A stretch of DNA of 64,000 nt. It comes from Auanema rhodensis (taxonomy: Eukaryota > Animalia > Nematoda). Below are positions 24,998 through 40,400 of this stretch, in pieces. Made by a program: the position numbers and the translations under genes. The notes beneath the pieces were generated by a model that ran no database searches, was not told where the DNA came from, and was given only the letters and a program-made list of their open reading frames with translations. The stretch covers positions 7,688,001-7,752,000 of the forward strand of contig OZ059895.1 of NCBI GenBank assembly GCA_964057225.1, in the 5' to 3' direction. The first letter of the stretch is position 1, and each line of letters starts with the position of its first letter.

Positions 24998-26026
24998 ATG
25001 AGAGTTCTTGTCGGAGTTAAGAGAGTTGTTGATTATGCTGTGAAGGTGTGAAATTATGCCGAAAATTTAAACTCATTTTTTCTCTTTTAAGGTTCGTGTG
25101 AAGCCTGACAAAACTGGAGTTATAACTGAAAATGTTCAACACAGCATGAATCCTTTTGATGAAATTGCTCTTGAAGAGGCTGTAAAGATGAAGGAAAAGA
25201 AGCTCGCCAAAGAGGTTTTTTCGAAGTCTGGATTTGATTTATTTTAATTGTATTAGGTCATTGCTTTTTCTATGGGAGGACCAAAGTCGCAAGAAGTTCT
25301 TAGAACTGCTCTTGCTAAAGGAGCTGACAAAGCCATTCATGTCGAAGTAGTGTTTTTAGTTGAATATAATAAATATTATACTTGTTTAGGTTCCTGATGC
25401 TGAAGCTGCCAAGCTCGAGCCTCTCCATGTTGCCAAAGCTATTCAGAAGTTGGTTGAGAAAGAAAAATTTGACGTAGTGTTTGTTGGAAAGCAAGCTATT
25501 GATGACGATGCTGCTCAAACTGGACCTCTTCTTGCTGGTTTACTTGAATGGTCTCAAGCTCTTTATTCTAGCAAGGTTACTAAACGAAATAAAGATTGTT
25601 GACAAAAGTGATTAAAGGTCGAAGATGGCGGTGATGGCTCCTTGAAGGTTACCCGTGAAATTGACGGTGGACTTGATACCATTAAAGTATAGTTCTTTAA
25701 TAATTAGAAGCAAAAAGAATATATTGTTTAGGTCAAGTTACCTGCTGTTCTTTCTGCCGATCTTCGTCTTAACGAGCCTCGTTATGCTACCTTACCTAAT
25801 ATCATGAAGGCAAAGAAGAAGCCTCTGGAGAAATTGAGTGCTAAAGATTTGGGCATTGATCTCGCTTCTCAAACAAAGACTCTTGAGGTTTTGTAAATTT
25901 CGATTTCTCCTTTATTTATTTATTTTCAAGGTATCCGAACCTCCTGTTCGTAAAGCCGGTGGATTCGTTGCCGATGTTCCTGAGCTCATCTCTAAGTTGA
26001 AAGAGAAAGGATTTATTAAGGCTTAA
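24998..26026 (+). CDS. ETFB: Electron transfer flavoprotein beta subunit
   Basis: [26 protein letters not shown]...[13 protein letters not shown]...[13 protein letters not shown]...REIDGG...[22 protein letters not shown]. Confidence 0.97.
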
Positions 26027-26156
26027 TTTTTTCCATTTTTATTGTAAAACGTGTTCAAAAGTTACATTTTAAAGTACGGTTGTAGGATATTAGGGTAATA
26101 CAATAAATTATTGAACTTCGTAAGAGCTTTTTTTTTCGTAACGTTGGTGATGTATG

Positions 26157-26170
26157 GTTACTATGGCAAC
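26157..26170 (+). promoter_or_regulatory. X-box (RFX/DAF-19 binding site)
   Basis: GTTACTATGGCAAC fits the GTHNYY-AT-RRNAAC consensus exactly and lies about 90 bp upstream of the TBCCD1-like ATG. Confidence 0.75.
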
Positions 26171-26257
26171 CAGGTTGGAGCGCAGTTGCTCTTTCAGCTA
26201 GTGTTTTTCTAAATTTTCTGTTTATTATTGTTGTAACTGTTCGTCTAAGATTTGTAG

Positions 26258-28177
26258 ATGAATGATGATGCTTATATTTGGCCGAGAGGCGATTATTTTC
26301 TGGAACATTTCATACCCCTAGATTTTACTCCAGTGAAAACACCTAGAGCAGTGGTTGTTTTTTGTTTTAATTCTATTTCATCCTTGAATCGTAGAAACCC
26401 ACGATTGATGCAGCTCATACGTTTCTAGATGTTTGCACTATTTACAAGTATGGAGAAACTTTGAGGTGAGTTGGTAAACACCGATTTTTCCTTTTTTTCC
26501 TTGTTTAGTAAAGACGAATGGATATCAGCTATAGAATACGTTGGTGTGGAAGGAAATTTGGCTAATATAATTTTTCAAAACTGCGCAAATGACACTGGGG
26601 TGAATTATCTTTTGCGTTTAATTAATTTTTTGCTTTTCTTAAGAATGCTGCGCCTAAACGAAAATTAGTATTAGACATCCTTTTATTATCTATGGAACAT
26701 TATAGTTATAATGGAAATAGGTATGGATTCCTCAATTTTAAAGTTATCTTCATTATTATAGGACTCTGTTTATGCATGGCGATGTTGTTTGTGAGTTGAT
26801 TAGAGAACTCTTCGGTATGTTTGGTTAGGGTTTTCTAATAATGTTTTTTGGTTTGTAGCTGATATATTAGTATTACTTCTTCGATGTACTGAACAGTACC
26901 AAAGTATGACATATGAAGCTTTTTCTAAAATATCTTTAGAAATATGCGCAGTAGAGGTAATTGTTATTAAACTGTTAAATCATTAGTTGTTCTTTCAGAA
27001 CTTAGAATTCTTAGATTTGATATTTGAGGGTTCCATAAATGGGAATCTTGTTGATGAAGTACTTCCTTTATCGCATATTGGAAATGCATTGTTATCAAAA
27101 GATTCCTTTCGAATATCAAATATTATCGATATATTGCGCAAATGGCTTATCAGTAACCCATTTTGTCTTAATGATATATCGATATTTAAAGTAAGTACGC
27201 CTATAAAAGACATAAAAGGATTAACATTTTTTCGAAGTCATCTTGTTTCTCAGCTGCAAGAAAACAAACATCTCTGGGGATAACCTCTCGCCGTCGAGTA
27301 GTTGTTGCCCATTGGAAGCGATTGGAAATTCTTAGAAAAGGTGTTTATAATAATGTACATCTAAGGATAACAAATAACCAACCGAATGCATCTTTTCTAT
27401 TTTCTCCTTGGAAGTATATACTCATAATTTGAAATATCTATTTGATTTTTTGTAGCTCTCAATCAGTATGTATTGAGTATGTCCATGATTGCCCTGGGGT
27501 GATTATAGGACCAACGAAAGGCGTAGTTATTGTGCATGAATGCTCGAATACATATATAAGCTGTTTAGCCAGGTTAGCAAGATGAGCTTCATGTATAGAT
27601 TTATTTTTAAGGTCAATTGTTATATGGAAATGTCGGAATTTAGTAATATTCTCAGCGTCTAAACAGTCCGTGATTTTGAGACAATGCGAGAACATCAGAC
27701 TTGCTCCCTATAACGTGGCTTACACTGTAATAGAAAATTTCTAAATGAATAATATAGAATCTATTCTAGGGATTGAGGAAAGAAATGTTCTATGCTAACT
27801 TGGACCTTGACGTGTTAAACAAAGACTCTTCAAAGAAAGCTATTGTGGTAAACGTTCTTTACCGTCAAGAGAAAAAATTGAATTTTATAGTTGGATGATT
27901 CAACTTATCACAGTCTTAGGCCATCCAAGTTCTATATCCAGCCAGTGCCATTCGACAGAAATCAAGATGAATTAGAAGTATGGTGTTTCTATGTATAAAA
28001 GAGTGCTCATTCTGTTAATCTTTGTAGGCATTATTGGAATCATTACCAGACCATTACAAAAATTCTTGGACTCTATTTAGTTCAACAATTGATAGGTCAA
28101 AAGCTAAGGATTTTAAACTTTCAAAAAAAGATGCGTCTTACTTACGATCAAAGATAGATGTCAATAATAATACCTAA
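26258..28177 (+). CDS. TBCCD1: TBCC domain-containing protein, TBCCD1-like
   Basis: Multi-exon model with N-terminal YIWPRGDYF, WLISNPF and a C-CAP/TBCC beta-helix (FLFSPW.SQSVCIEYVHDCPGVIIGPTKGVVIVHEC...CENIRLAPYN...FYIQPVPF). This layout is typical of TBCCD1 rather than TBCC or RP2. Confidence 0.7.
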
Positions 28178-28826
28178 ATAAACCATTTAGAAAAAAAAAG
28201 TTAAAAAACATAATATTGACAATTAATATTGAAAAGTTGTTTACAACATCGTTTTTTTTCACAATGAAACATTTCTTTTAATGTATGATTCGGCTTTCGT
28301 AACAGATTTATAATTTATATTACATCATTAGCGTGAATGTTTATGAAATCTTTCTTTATTGTATCTAGGCATCGAACAAAATATTAAATAGTTATTTTTG
28401 ATTCGTTTATATTGTATTATATTTGAAGAAATAATTAAGATGTTTATTCTTAATATTTTCATTTAATTTAATCCTTAGTATGGTAACTAATTCAAATTCA
28501 CAAAGTCTGTTTAGTGAATTAAATAAAAATCGGGTCGTTAATATTGTTTACGGTAAGTGTTATGTACGCAACATATTTCCTTGGATCAATGCCAACTTTC
28601 GAATACTATCATAGATGCGAAGATATATTGTTTAAGTATTTTATTTTTTTAAATTTTCGTTTTGTTTTGAACGGTTTCTTATTGATTTTTATAAGTTATA
28701 TTAAATATATTTTGCTTTTAAATCTTGTAAATCTATCAATATTTTTTATATGCGTTTTAAATCTTAAGTAATGGCGTTACCTAGGTTACTGAAATTATAA
28801 TTACTTGTTTTCCCTTTTAGAAAGTA

Positions 28827-31431
28827 ATGTCTGATGAAGATCCTTTAGTTAATGGGGAGAAATTGTCTTCCTTAAGAGTTGTAGATTTGAAGAGTGAACT
28901 AGAAAAAAGAGGACTCTCTAAAATTGGAAATAAAAGTATTCTTGCTGAACGTCTGAGAGAGGTTTTTTTTTTCTCATACCAGCTTATAATTTTACCAAAT
29001 TTCAGTCTATTATAAGTGGAGGTGGAACCCCAGCATGTACTCCAGTGAAAGACGTAACAAAGTCACCTGTAGTCGAAAATCCTATGGTAGCCGAGTATAG
29101 AGCTAAACAGCGAGCTTTGCTGGAAGGAAGTATGTGAATTGAAATAATAAATAATATACTTTGTAACGATTTCTACTAATTTAGAGAGTCCATCAGCTAG
29201 ATCTCCAAGTACTGACGCTAGTTCTCCGGCTTCATCTCCTAAAAAATCGCAATCTTCTGTTGAAGTAAGTCAAATCATATATTGTTTTTTCATTTGTTTC
29301 TCTTCTAGTCTCCTAAAAAAACTGATGTTATATCTAAAGAAACAGAGATAAACACTAAGGAAGATTCACAAGAAGAAAAAATTATCATCGAAGACGATCC
29401 AATCTCAGAAGAGAATGCGCCTCTTCATGATAAAGAAAAATCACCCACTGGAGTGGAATCCGAAACTGAAGATTCAGATGTTAAAGAATCAGATGTTAAC
29501 GAGTCGGATGTTAAAGAATCAGATGTTAAGGAATCAGATGTTAAGGAATCCGATGTTAAAGAGTCAGATGTTAAAGAGTCAGATGTTAAAGAGTCAGATG
29601 TTAGAGAATCCGATGTTAAAGAATCCGATGTTAAAGAGTCAGATGTTAAAGAGTCAGATGTTAAAGAATCGGATGTTAAAGAATCAGATATTAAAGAAGC
29701 ATCTGATGGTGATTCAAATCCTGACCCTGTCGTGGAAGCGGGTGTTGATTCACCACAAAACTCTCCAGTTGAGCGGATCGAAAATGTAGAAGATAATTCA
29801 CCTAGCGTTAATGAAAATTCAAATGTAGAACCGGAAGATACCATTGAGGATAGGGTACTTTTGTCAATATTTTTTTTTCATTTATTTATTTGGCTTATAG
29901 CAAGAGGCTTCTTCTGAGGATACTTCATCACCTCCTTCAAGACAATCTGGATCCCTTTGTGAAAATTCTTCTTCGCCAGTTGCGACTTCAGATGATAAGC
30001 CGAATCAACAAGATTCAAAAGATGAGGTAAAAGACGAACAAACTGCTGGAGTACAGAAGAATGATTCGGCTGAAGAGTGAGTTTCGATTATGTTCAAAAT
30101 ATAAATGTTTTTTCTTTAGTATGAAAGAAGAAGAAACCCAGGAAAGAGCAGAATCAAAGAACGGTATAACCTTTTCTAGAAAATTTGCTTAATTAAATAT
30201 TTAGATTTCCAAGAAGAAGGAGTAGAAGAACTTGAGTTAGATTATGGAGATAACGAAGATTCTGTGGATGATGAGAGAGAAAAGGTTGGTTTTTGTTCAT
30301 AATTCACATTAACACTTCAATGTTTTACTTGACAGGATGACGGTAACACATTAGGAGCTAGTACTAAAAAGGAGATTGTTGCCCCTCAAATCGAAAGTGT
30401 CGAATCTTCTTCAAAATTACCCTCAAGGCAAGTTTTTATCCTTTAGTTAAAAAAAAAAATATTTTATAGACATCCCGTTTCCGCGGTCTTACATATCAGA
30501 GGATTGGTGCGTCCGTTTACTGACCGCCAACTCAAAAGTGAAATTAGCCAATATGGAGAAGTAACTGATTTTTGGATTGACAAAATAAAAAGCCATTGCT
30601 TTATTAAAGTATATTTAATTTTTCCGTTTTATTCAGTAATGCTTATATATTAGATGGCCAACAATGAACAGGCTACGGCCGTTCGAGAGGCCATGCATGA
30701 TATTACATGGCCGCAATCTAGTCCTAAACAACTTTCAGTTCAGTTCGACACAGTTGAAAATGTGAGATATATTCTAACGTTTAACGTTTTCCTCATTTTA
30801 CAAATTTCAGTTGGAGAAACATAAAGCTGGCAATGCTGATGATGGACCTTCTGGAGTATCTCGCTCGTTATCCTCTGATAAAGAGCGGGAACGACATGTT
30901 ATAGGATCACTTCCAGGTAGAAACGGAAGTCTTCGAGGTACTGTAGAAGCCGTCATGAGGGACAATCAAAAGAGGGACATTGAAATGAAAGAAAGGCAAG
31001 GCAGGGAAAGAGATGTAAGGTCTAAAGAGGACGAGAAAAAGCGCACTGAGGTTTGTATCATTTTATTGTAGTGTTTTGTTGTATACAGTATAGTATACGT
31101 ATAAGTTTATAATTTTAGAGAAGAGACGAAGATCGCGAGAATGACAGGAAAAGAAGATATAGTGGTGGATCGCCTCGTCGCGACGGTGTAGTAGACAAGA
31201 AGTTGTCTAGATCGGAGAAGGAAGACGTTCCTGTGAAGACCGCAGATTCATTGTTTATGAAAACTAAGACAGAGCCAAAAATTTATTATATGCCTCTTAC
31301 GGAAGAGGAGGTATTGAGTATTAAAACTTCAATATAACATTCAAAATTGTTTTCAGGCCAAAATCAGGAAACAGAAACGGGAAGAGGAACGGCAGCGACG
31401 TGACTCGGATAGAGATAGAAGACGCCGTTAA
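28827..31431 (+). CDS. ACIN1: Acinus (SAP domain, RRM, RSB motif; ASAP/EJC-associated)
   Basis: [34 protein letters not shown]; [18 protein letters not shown]...[12 protein letters not shown]...MHDITWP; [25 protein letters not shown]. Confidence 0.92.
29471..29695 (+). repeat. Coding minisatellite, 15 x 15 bp, encoding (ESDVK)n inside Acinus
   Basis: GARTCNGATGTTAAR units; variation falls mostly at third codon positions. Confidence 0.95.
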
Positions 31432-31695
31432 TTCTTTTATTATTACAATTTTATTTACGAAAAAGGTAACTTGGTTTTTAATGAAAACAATTTAAAATTA
31501 TTTATCTATATCTGTTACCATTCAATGTCGCTAAGTTGTTACGATATCAAAAGTCTTCCCTTTATATATTATAGTCTCAATCTCATGTAATGCCTTCATT
31601 GATCTTTACCCTCTTGTTAAGCACTCGTTTTTCCAAGAATCATTTATTGTTGATTCTATTTAAAGTACGACTTAATAAAGATCTAAATTAAATAT

Positions 31696-34871
<3,176 letters not shown>

Positions 34872-34959
34872 AATATGCTCAAGCAAACATAAAATAGCAT
34901 GAAGCTTCGAAAGACGTAGTTAATGAACTTATTTAAATTTTATGATTTTTGTTGTCGCT

Positions 34960-35028
34960 ATTTAAAAATTTTAATTCCCGCCTTATCTATGCGAATCTGA
35001 TTACGGTAGCTTAGAGCTAATGACGTCA
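34960..35028. promoter_or_regulatory. Divergent rad-54/snx-3 promoter with E2F-like TTCCCGCC (34975-34982) and CRE palindrome TGACGTCA (35021-35028)
   Basis: Motifs read in the roughly 270-bp head-to-head gap; function is inferred only. Confidence 0.35.
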
Positions 35029-35139
35029 TTGTTCAGTCTGACTCGTTTAACAGAATACCGGTCGTTCGTTTATTCTATTCTATTCTTATATTTGTTTTAT
35101 TTTTGTATTTACCTTTTTAATAATATTTTTGGAAATTAG

Positions 35140-35759
35140 ATGAGTGGACCGATCGCAACTCAACGCATTCCTACAAAGCGCCAAACTTTGGATGAAGCAT
35201 ATGCCCCTCCAGCAAATTTTTTGGAAATTGAGGTCGTAAATCCCATCACTCATGGTGTCGGGAAGACCAGATATACTGATTATGAAATCCGCATGAGAGT
35301 AGGTCAATGATTTAATTTTTCAATCTATGTTTTATATTTATAGTCGAATCTTCCTGTTTTCAAGCAAAAAGAATCTTCAGTTAGACGTCGGTACAGTGAT
35401 TTTGAATGGCTACGAGGAGAATTAGAGCGCGACAGCAAAGTATGTAGAAAAAGTTTAATGATAATAGTTAAAAAATATTTTAAGATTGTTGTGCCACCTC
35501 TTCCTGGTAAATCCTTGAAACGACAAATGCCATTCCGTTCAGATGATGGAATTTTTGAAGAAGAATTTATTGAAAGAAGAAGAAAATCGCTTGAAGTATT
35601 TATTAACAAGTAATTTGCTTTTTCTGATTCATACAGTTTTACATTGAGTTTAGGGTTGCCGGACATCCACTAGCACAAAATGAACGTTCGCTTCATATTT
35701 TCTTACAAGAACCTATGATTGACAAGAATTACATTCCAGGAAAAATCCGATCCACATAA
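35140..35759 (+). CDS. snx-3: Sorting nexin 3/12 (PX-only)
   Basis: EAYAPPANFLEIEVVNP...[50 protein letters not shown]...VAGHPLAQNERSLHIFLQ. Confidence 0.96.
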
Positions 35760-37409
35760 GTAATGCATAGATTCATCTGATTTGTAAGAATTTGAATTTT
35801 TTTCACGAATTTGTGTTCACATTTTCATATTCCATCTCAATCCCATATTTTCCCAATTCTGAATTTACACAATTGTCGCAAATTCCGTGCTTTTATCGGT
35901 GCTAATTTAATTTTTTCGACGGTTTATGTTTTAAATGTTAATAACCTAGACTTCCAGATTTTTCAACTTTTCAAATTACGTGTTCTATCAATGTGATTTC
36001 TAGATACATAAGGTGTTTTGTTTATATTTATTTTTTAATACAGTTTTATCACCCAACGCTTATTTTACTATTATTTGCTCGTTGAACTTCTTCTGTTATG
36101 AAAAATCTTTAGAAGACGATTTAATTGAGACAGTACCTCAACAGAAAAAAAAGAAAGATGAATATCATAGTAAGTGATTTATATTATTTTTATTCGATTA
36201 TTTATTATCTAAAAATGTTGTTTTGAAATCTTGTAGGATATCTGTCTATTAGGTTCATATTTGCATTATTCGAATACTTCCCTTATTCAGTTAATTTGAG
36301 CTTCTTCCTATTTGTTTCTTCTGCATGGCTGCCATTTTCAATCGACTTAAGTCATTTGCTTTGGTCACTGACCGTGCGATAGTTTCAGTTCCATAAGCGA
36401 CCAAAAATTGTTCTTCTTTTTTAAGTGCCATATCGTTTAATCTAGTAAGTTACTGAAATTGTATAAAACATAGTGCCTTTATGTTTTATCTAGTCGGTAA
36501 GCATGAAACGTTATCATTAAAATCGGTTCAAGATGGCTATTCAGTATTCAAATAGATTGCCTTCAAACGTAAATAGACTATGGAATTTTGTACTGTTGAG
36601 TATGCTGACATTGAAACTTACGACTCATGTACTGTTAATTTTCCAAGGGCTTGAGTTTGAGCTGGCATCGTTGTACCTTGATATGGCGATTTCCTTATAG
36701 AGATATGGCGAGTTTTGGACATTGTTTGACCTTATTAGAATATAACCTTGTATATCACATTGACCATCGATTTATCACTACTAACGTCAAAATGTTAACC
36801 GCTAGACCATCAGAAGATATTATTCATGTTTCTTTATCATTGTTTATGTTTGACAGCCAATTCCCAAACTTTGTAATTTTGGTGTGCACCATTGTAGACA
36901 TGTTTTTTTATTTACTAGGATGATCTTTGTGATACGATTTTTTGTCCGGAGAAATATTTTATCAGAAACTATAGTGACGGTATTTCCAGATTTAGTAATA
37001 GTCATTTTCTTCTTTTTCGTCTTCATCAAACTTGATATTACTTTTTCACCTAGTTTGGGAGATATCTTGTTATACTTAGTATTAAACTTCAAATAATCAT
37101 TACTACATTTTTTTCAATTTACGTTTTTCTGCGATCGTCAGTTGTTTCTATTATTCTTTTTTGAGCTCATCGGAATGTTGGTTTGAAAATTTTCAGACAT
37201 TACAAAGTAGACAATATTGAAGTCGCCGTAGGCAACCAGGCATGTGTTGCCCAGGCAAATTTTCTTATTTATTACGTATTTTGAGAACATATATGCAGAT
37301 GCATGTGTGTATGTGTGTGTGTGTAGCATGAATTAGTATTCAAACATCTTTCTGAGTAAGAAGAAGCATCTTCGATGGACGTATATGCTCTTTTAACGAA
37401 TGATGTCAT

Positions 37410-40400
37410 ATGTTTGTCGGTAGGCCTGGAGAAGCAAACGATAGATGGTTCCGTTATGGCCCGGTGTTTGAGATACCCGTTTCCGAAAACGTTCAAGCAT
37501 ATATTCAAAGATATTACGAACGGTGTTGTTTTTCTTCAAGCTTTTGCTTTTCCCGTTATCACTCCCTCATTCCTCAGAATTCGGTTGCCATCATCTCTTT
37601 GCATTTTTCTATTTTCTCACTATTCTCTATACTCTTATTCCCTATTTCATTCTTTATTAACTATGCTATGATGCATATACTCGAAAAACAAAAATATGTT
37701 ATAACGATGTATATACAAAATCTATAATATAATTTTCTGGAAGAATAATTTTCCTTTGCTTGAAGCTGTTTGTGATGCTTTCGAAAGGCCATGAACTTTT
37801 GATCTTTTCAGGCTCTAGTGTCTTGTGATCAGTAGGTCATTTTTATCGACTACTACAACCTCGTCGTCTTCCTATTCTAAAATTTTTCTTATCTGGTTAA
37901 GGACTTGTCCTCCTTATTTATATTTTGAACTTAAAATGATCTTCATTTATATTTTTTATGTACAGATTTCAGAATCTTGTTCATACGTATCAAATGGTAA
38001 AACACTATTAGTAAACTAAGAATAACCTTATTTTCTCTTCACGATTTTTATCTGTTATTATGTGGTTCACTCCTGTGTTTTCTCCCTCTTTACTTTACCT
38101 CTATCAAGAGTTTTCGTAGAGTTTCTGGCTGTTCAAGCTAGCTAGCGAGTGTCACATGTGCTTGTCAACTCATCGCTTCTCCGCAAACTCCTTTTGCTGC
38201 TCTTCTTTTCATTGGCAATCATAGTTCCTTCCTTACTCATATTAAATGCAATCGAAATTGGTTTTTGATTGAAATCTTGAGGACGCCTAATATTCTTCAG
38301 CATTTGCTGGGTTTATTTTAATTTTGTCGTTTGAAAGTGTTCGAAAGCCAAGGGGTCAAAACATTTTCTCCATCTTGTAATGCTCAGTGTCATTCATTTC
38401 ATAATTTTTTTAATTTGTAAAGTTAATTGTTCTGAGACGAAAAAATATCTGAGAGCTTAATGACAGTGTACTTGTTTACCCATTTTTCTTTTTAATTGTT
38501 TTCATGTTTTTTTTTTCCTTCCGATATATTTTTCATCAATTAAAGAAAAGCGCTAGCATAGTTCATGATACATGAATAAATTCTGAAAATGTATTGTAAA
38601 AAACGTTTCTTTCTTTTTGTTGTTGTTTACATATGCTATATTTGGTCTAATTTATAGTTCGTAGTACTGTTTTCACCTTTCGAGAGAGGTTTGAGTTTTT
38701 TCTTTTCTCCTCATAGTTATCGGTGATGTCATAAACGATACAGATGAGGACGGTAGGCTGTAACGACTACAAAAAAACGCAGACGATGATGATCTGAGGA
38801 CGGTGACTTCAACACTAAATGTGCAAACACGCAGACACGTTGAATGGAAAAATGAAAAACGTCTTTGAGAGAAGTGTAGAGTGAGACGGAGTCGCGGAGT
38901 AGCCTTGCTTCTCATGTTCAGTCTATAAAAGACTGACAGAGGCAGAATGTCTGTCATCGACTAGATGCATAACATCTTAATTTCACTACAGTTGTTGTCT
39001 AATTTTCTTTTTTTCAACGTTCTACTTACTATTGTGTTGATCAGTCGTTGCTTTCTTGTAATCATTACAAGTAATCTTGTTCTCTTTGTCTCATCGACTT
39101 GTATCACTGTCTGGCATTAATGCTTTTCGTTGGTTTCATTGTATTAATCCTCTTCCGGATCTTTACCTTAATCGTTTATTTATATTATTCTTTTAAGTTT
39201 TAGCCGTATCTGTTTACTTGAATTCAGTTTATAAACGATGACGCATTAAGACGCATCAAGATTTTTCATATGATGAGAAATTAAAATGAGAGAAGCATAA
39301 AGCACAACATACTGTCTTTGACTTGTCTACATTCGCTCCAATCGTATTCTGATGTTTATCGGCAAATTTCTAATAAGCAAGTGAAAAAGGCTGTTGGTCA
39401 CGAACTGGTTGCCTGAAACTTCATATGGTAAAGCTAAAGATTCAAAGATAGAATTTGCATTAGCATGTTTGTCCTGCTATTAGGAATTTGAATAATTTTT
39501 TTTCATCTATCATTGCTGTAATTTGTCTTTTCAATATTCTCTATGCTTACCACTCTTGCATCGTTTATTTTTCTTCTTCAATCACATATAATAGTTGTGT
39601 TATTCATCAAATAAATTCATATATTGACTTACTCGAATGTTTATGATTGTTATAATCATAATTACCTAGTTTAATGTGTTGTTTGACACAGCTACTTTAC
39701 TCTTCATGAACTGTTAATGTTCTTATTACATGTAAGGTTCACATTATTAACGTTCATATTTTAATTTTCTTTTTCTTTTTTTTCCTATTTCTTTTAAGCT
39801 TCAGCTGTCAACCGCTTGTTTCACATCCTTTCTGCTGTGTCAACGATCTGGCTACATCTGATTGCTCTCTTCTTCATCCTTACGAAACATTTCATTGCAA
39901 CGTCTGTTGTTGTTTCATTCATAGATTGCGTTCAGATTCTCATAAGATCTATACGAAATCCGTTAAAATTGAATTTCCTCTACGTTCTAATAATATATGT
40001 TAAAGTAATTTTTATATTAAAATATGGCCACATCCATATAGGTTGCATTGATATTTTCGAAAACATAATGCTCTTAAACTTGACACTTAATGTTACTAAT
40101 CTTGCTTATGAATTGTCACATATTTACTTTCAATATTGCATTTTGCTCTTATCTCTCTCCTCAAACTATTCACGTTACGCTCTTGCTCCCTTCAGTGCCT
40201 CTCTCTATTTTCTCTTCCTCTCTCTCTTTTGCTCTCTCCCTTTCCCTTTCTCTCTCATTCTTTCTTTATTTTTTTTGCCTGTTGATCTGCCGTCCTCTCA
40301 CGACCTGAGTTCTTCGAATCCTTTGACTGTTCAATAGCTGAACTGTCGAAGCAACATATATATCAATACTATTACCTTTGCTCAGATTTTCGACAACTTA

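Noticed and set aside
29471-29695. Possible CRISPR-like array
   Set aside because: No spacers; it is a eukaryotic coding minisatellite.
29415-29844. Alternative-frame ORFs (MLKNQ)n and antisense (SDSLT)n
   Set aside because: Open only because of the 15-bp repeat; the synonymous pattern favours the ESDVK frame.
36111-36169. Exon-like stretch EDDLIETVPQQKKKKDEYH with AG/GTAAG ends
   Set aside because: Could not be linked in phase to snx-3 or the GRAM gene with any confidence.
39816-40337. 173-aa hydrophobic ORF and similar F/L/S-rich ORFs (e.g. 9381, 44265, 49140, 62324, 62768)
   Set aside because: Products of T/CT-rich intronic sequence and non-ATG starts; no domains or splice support.
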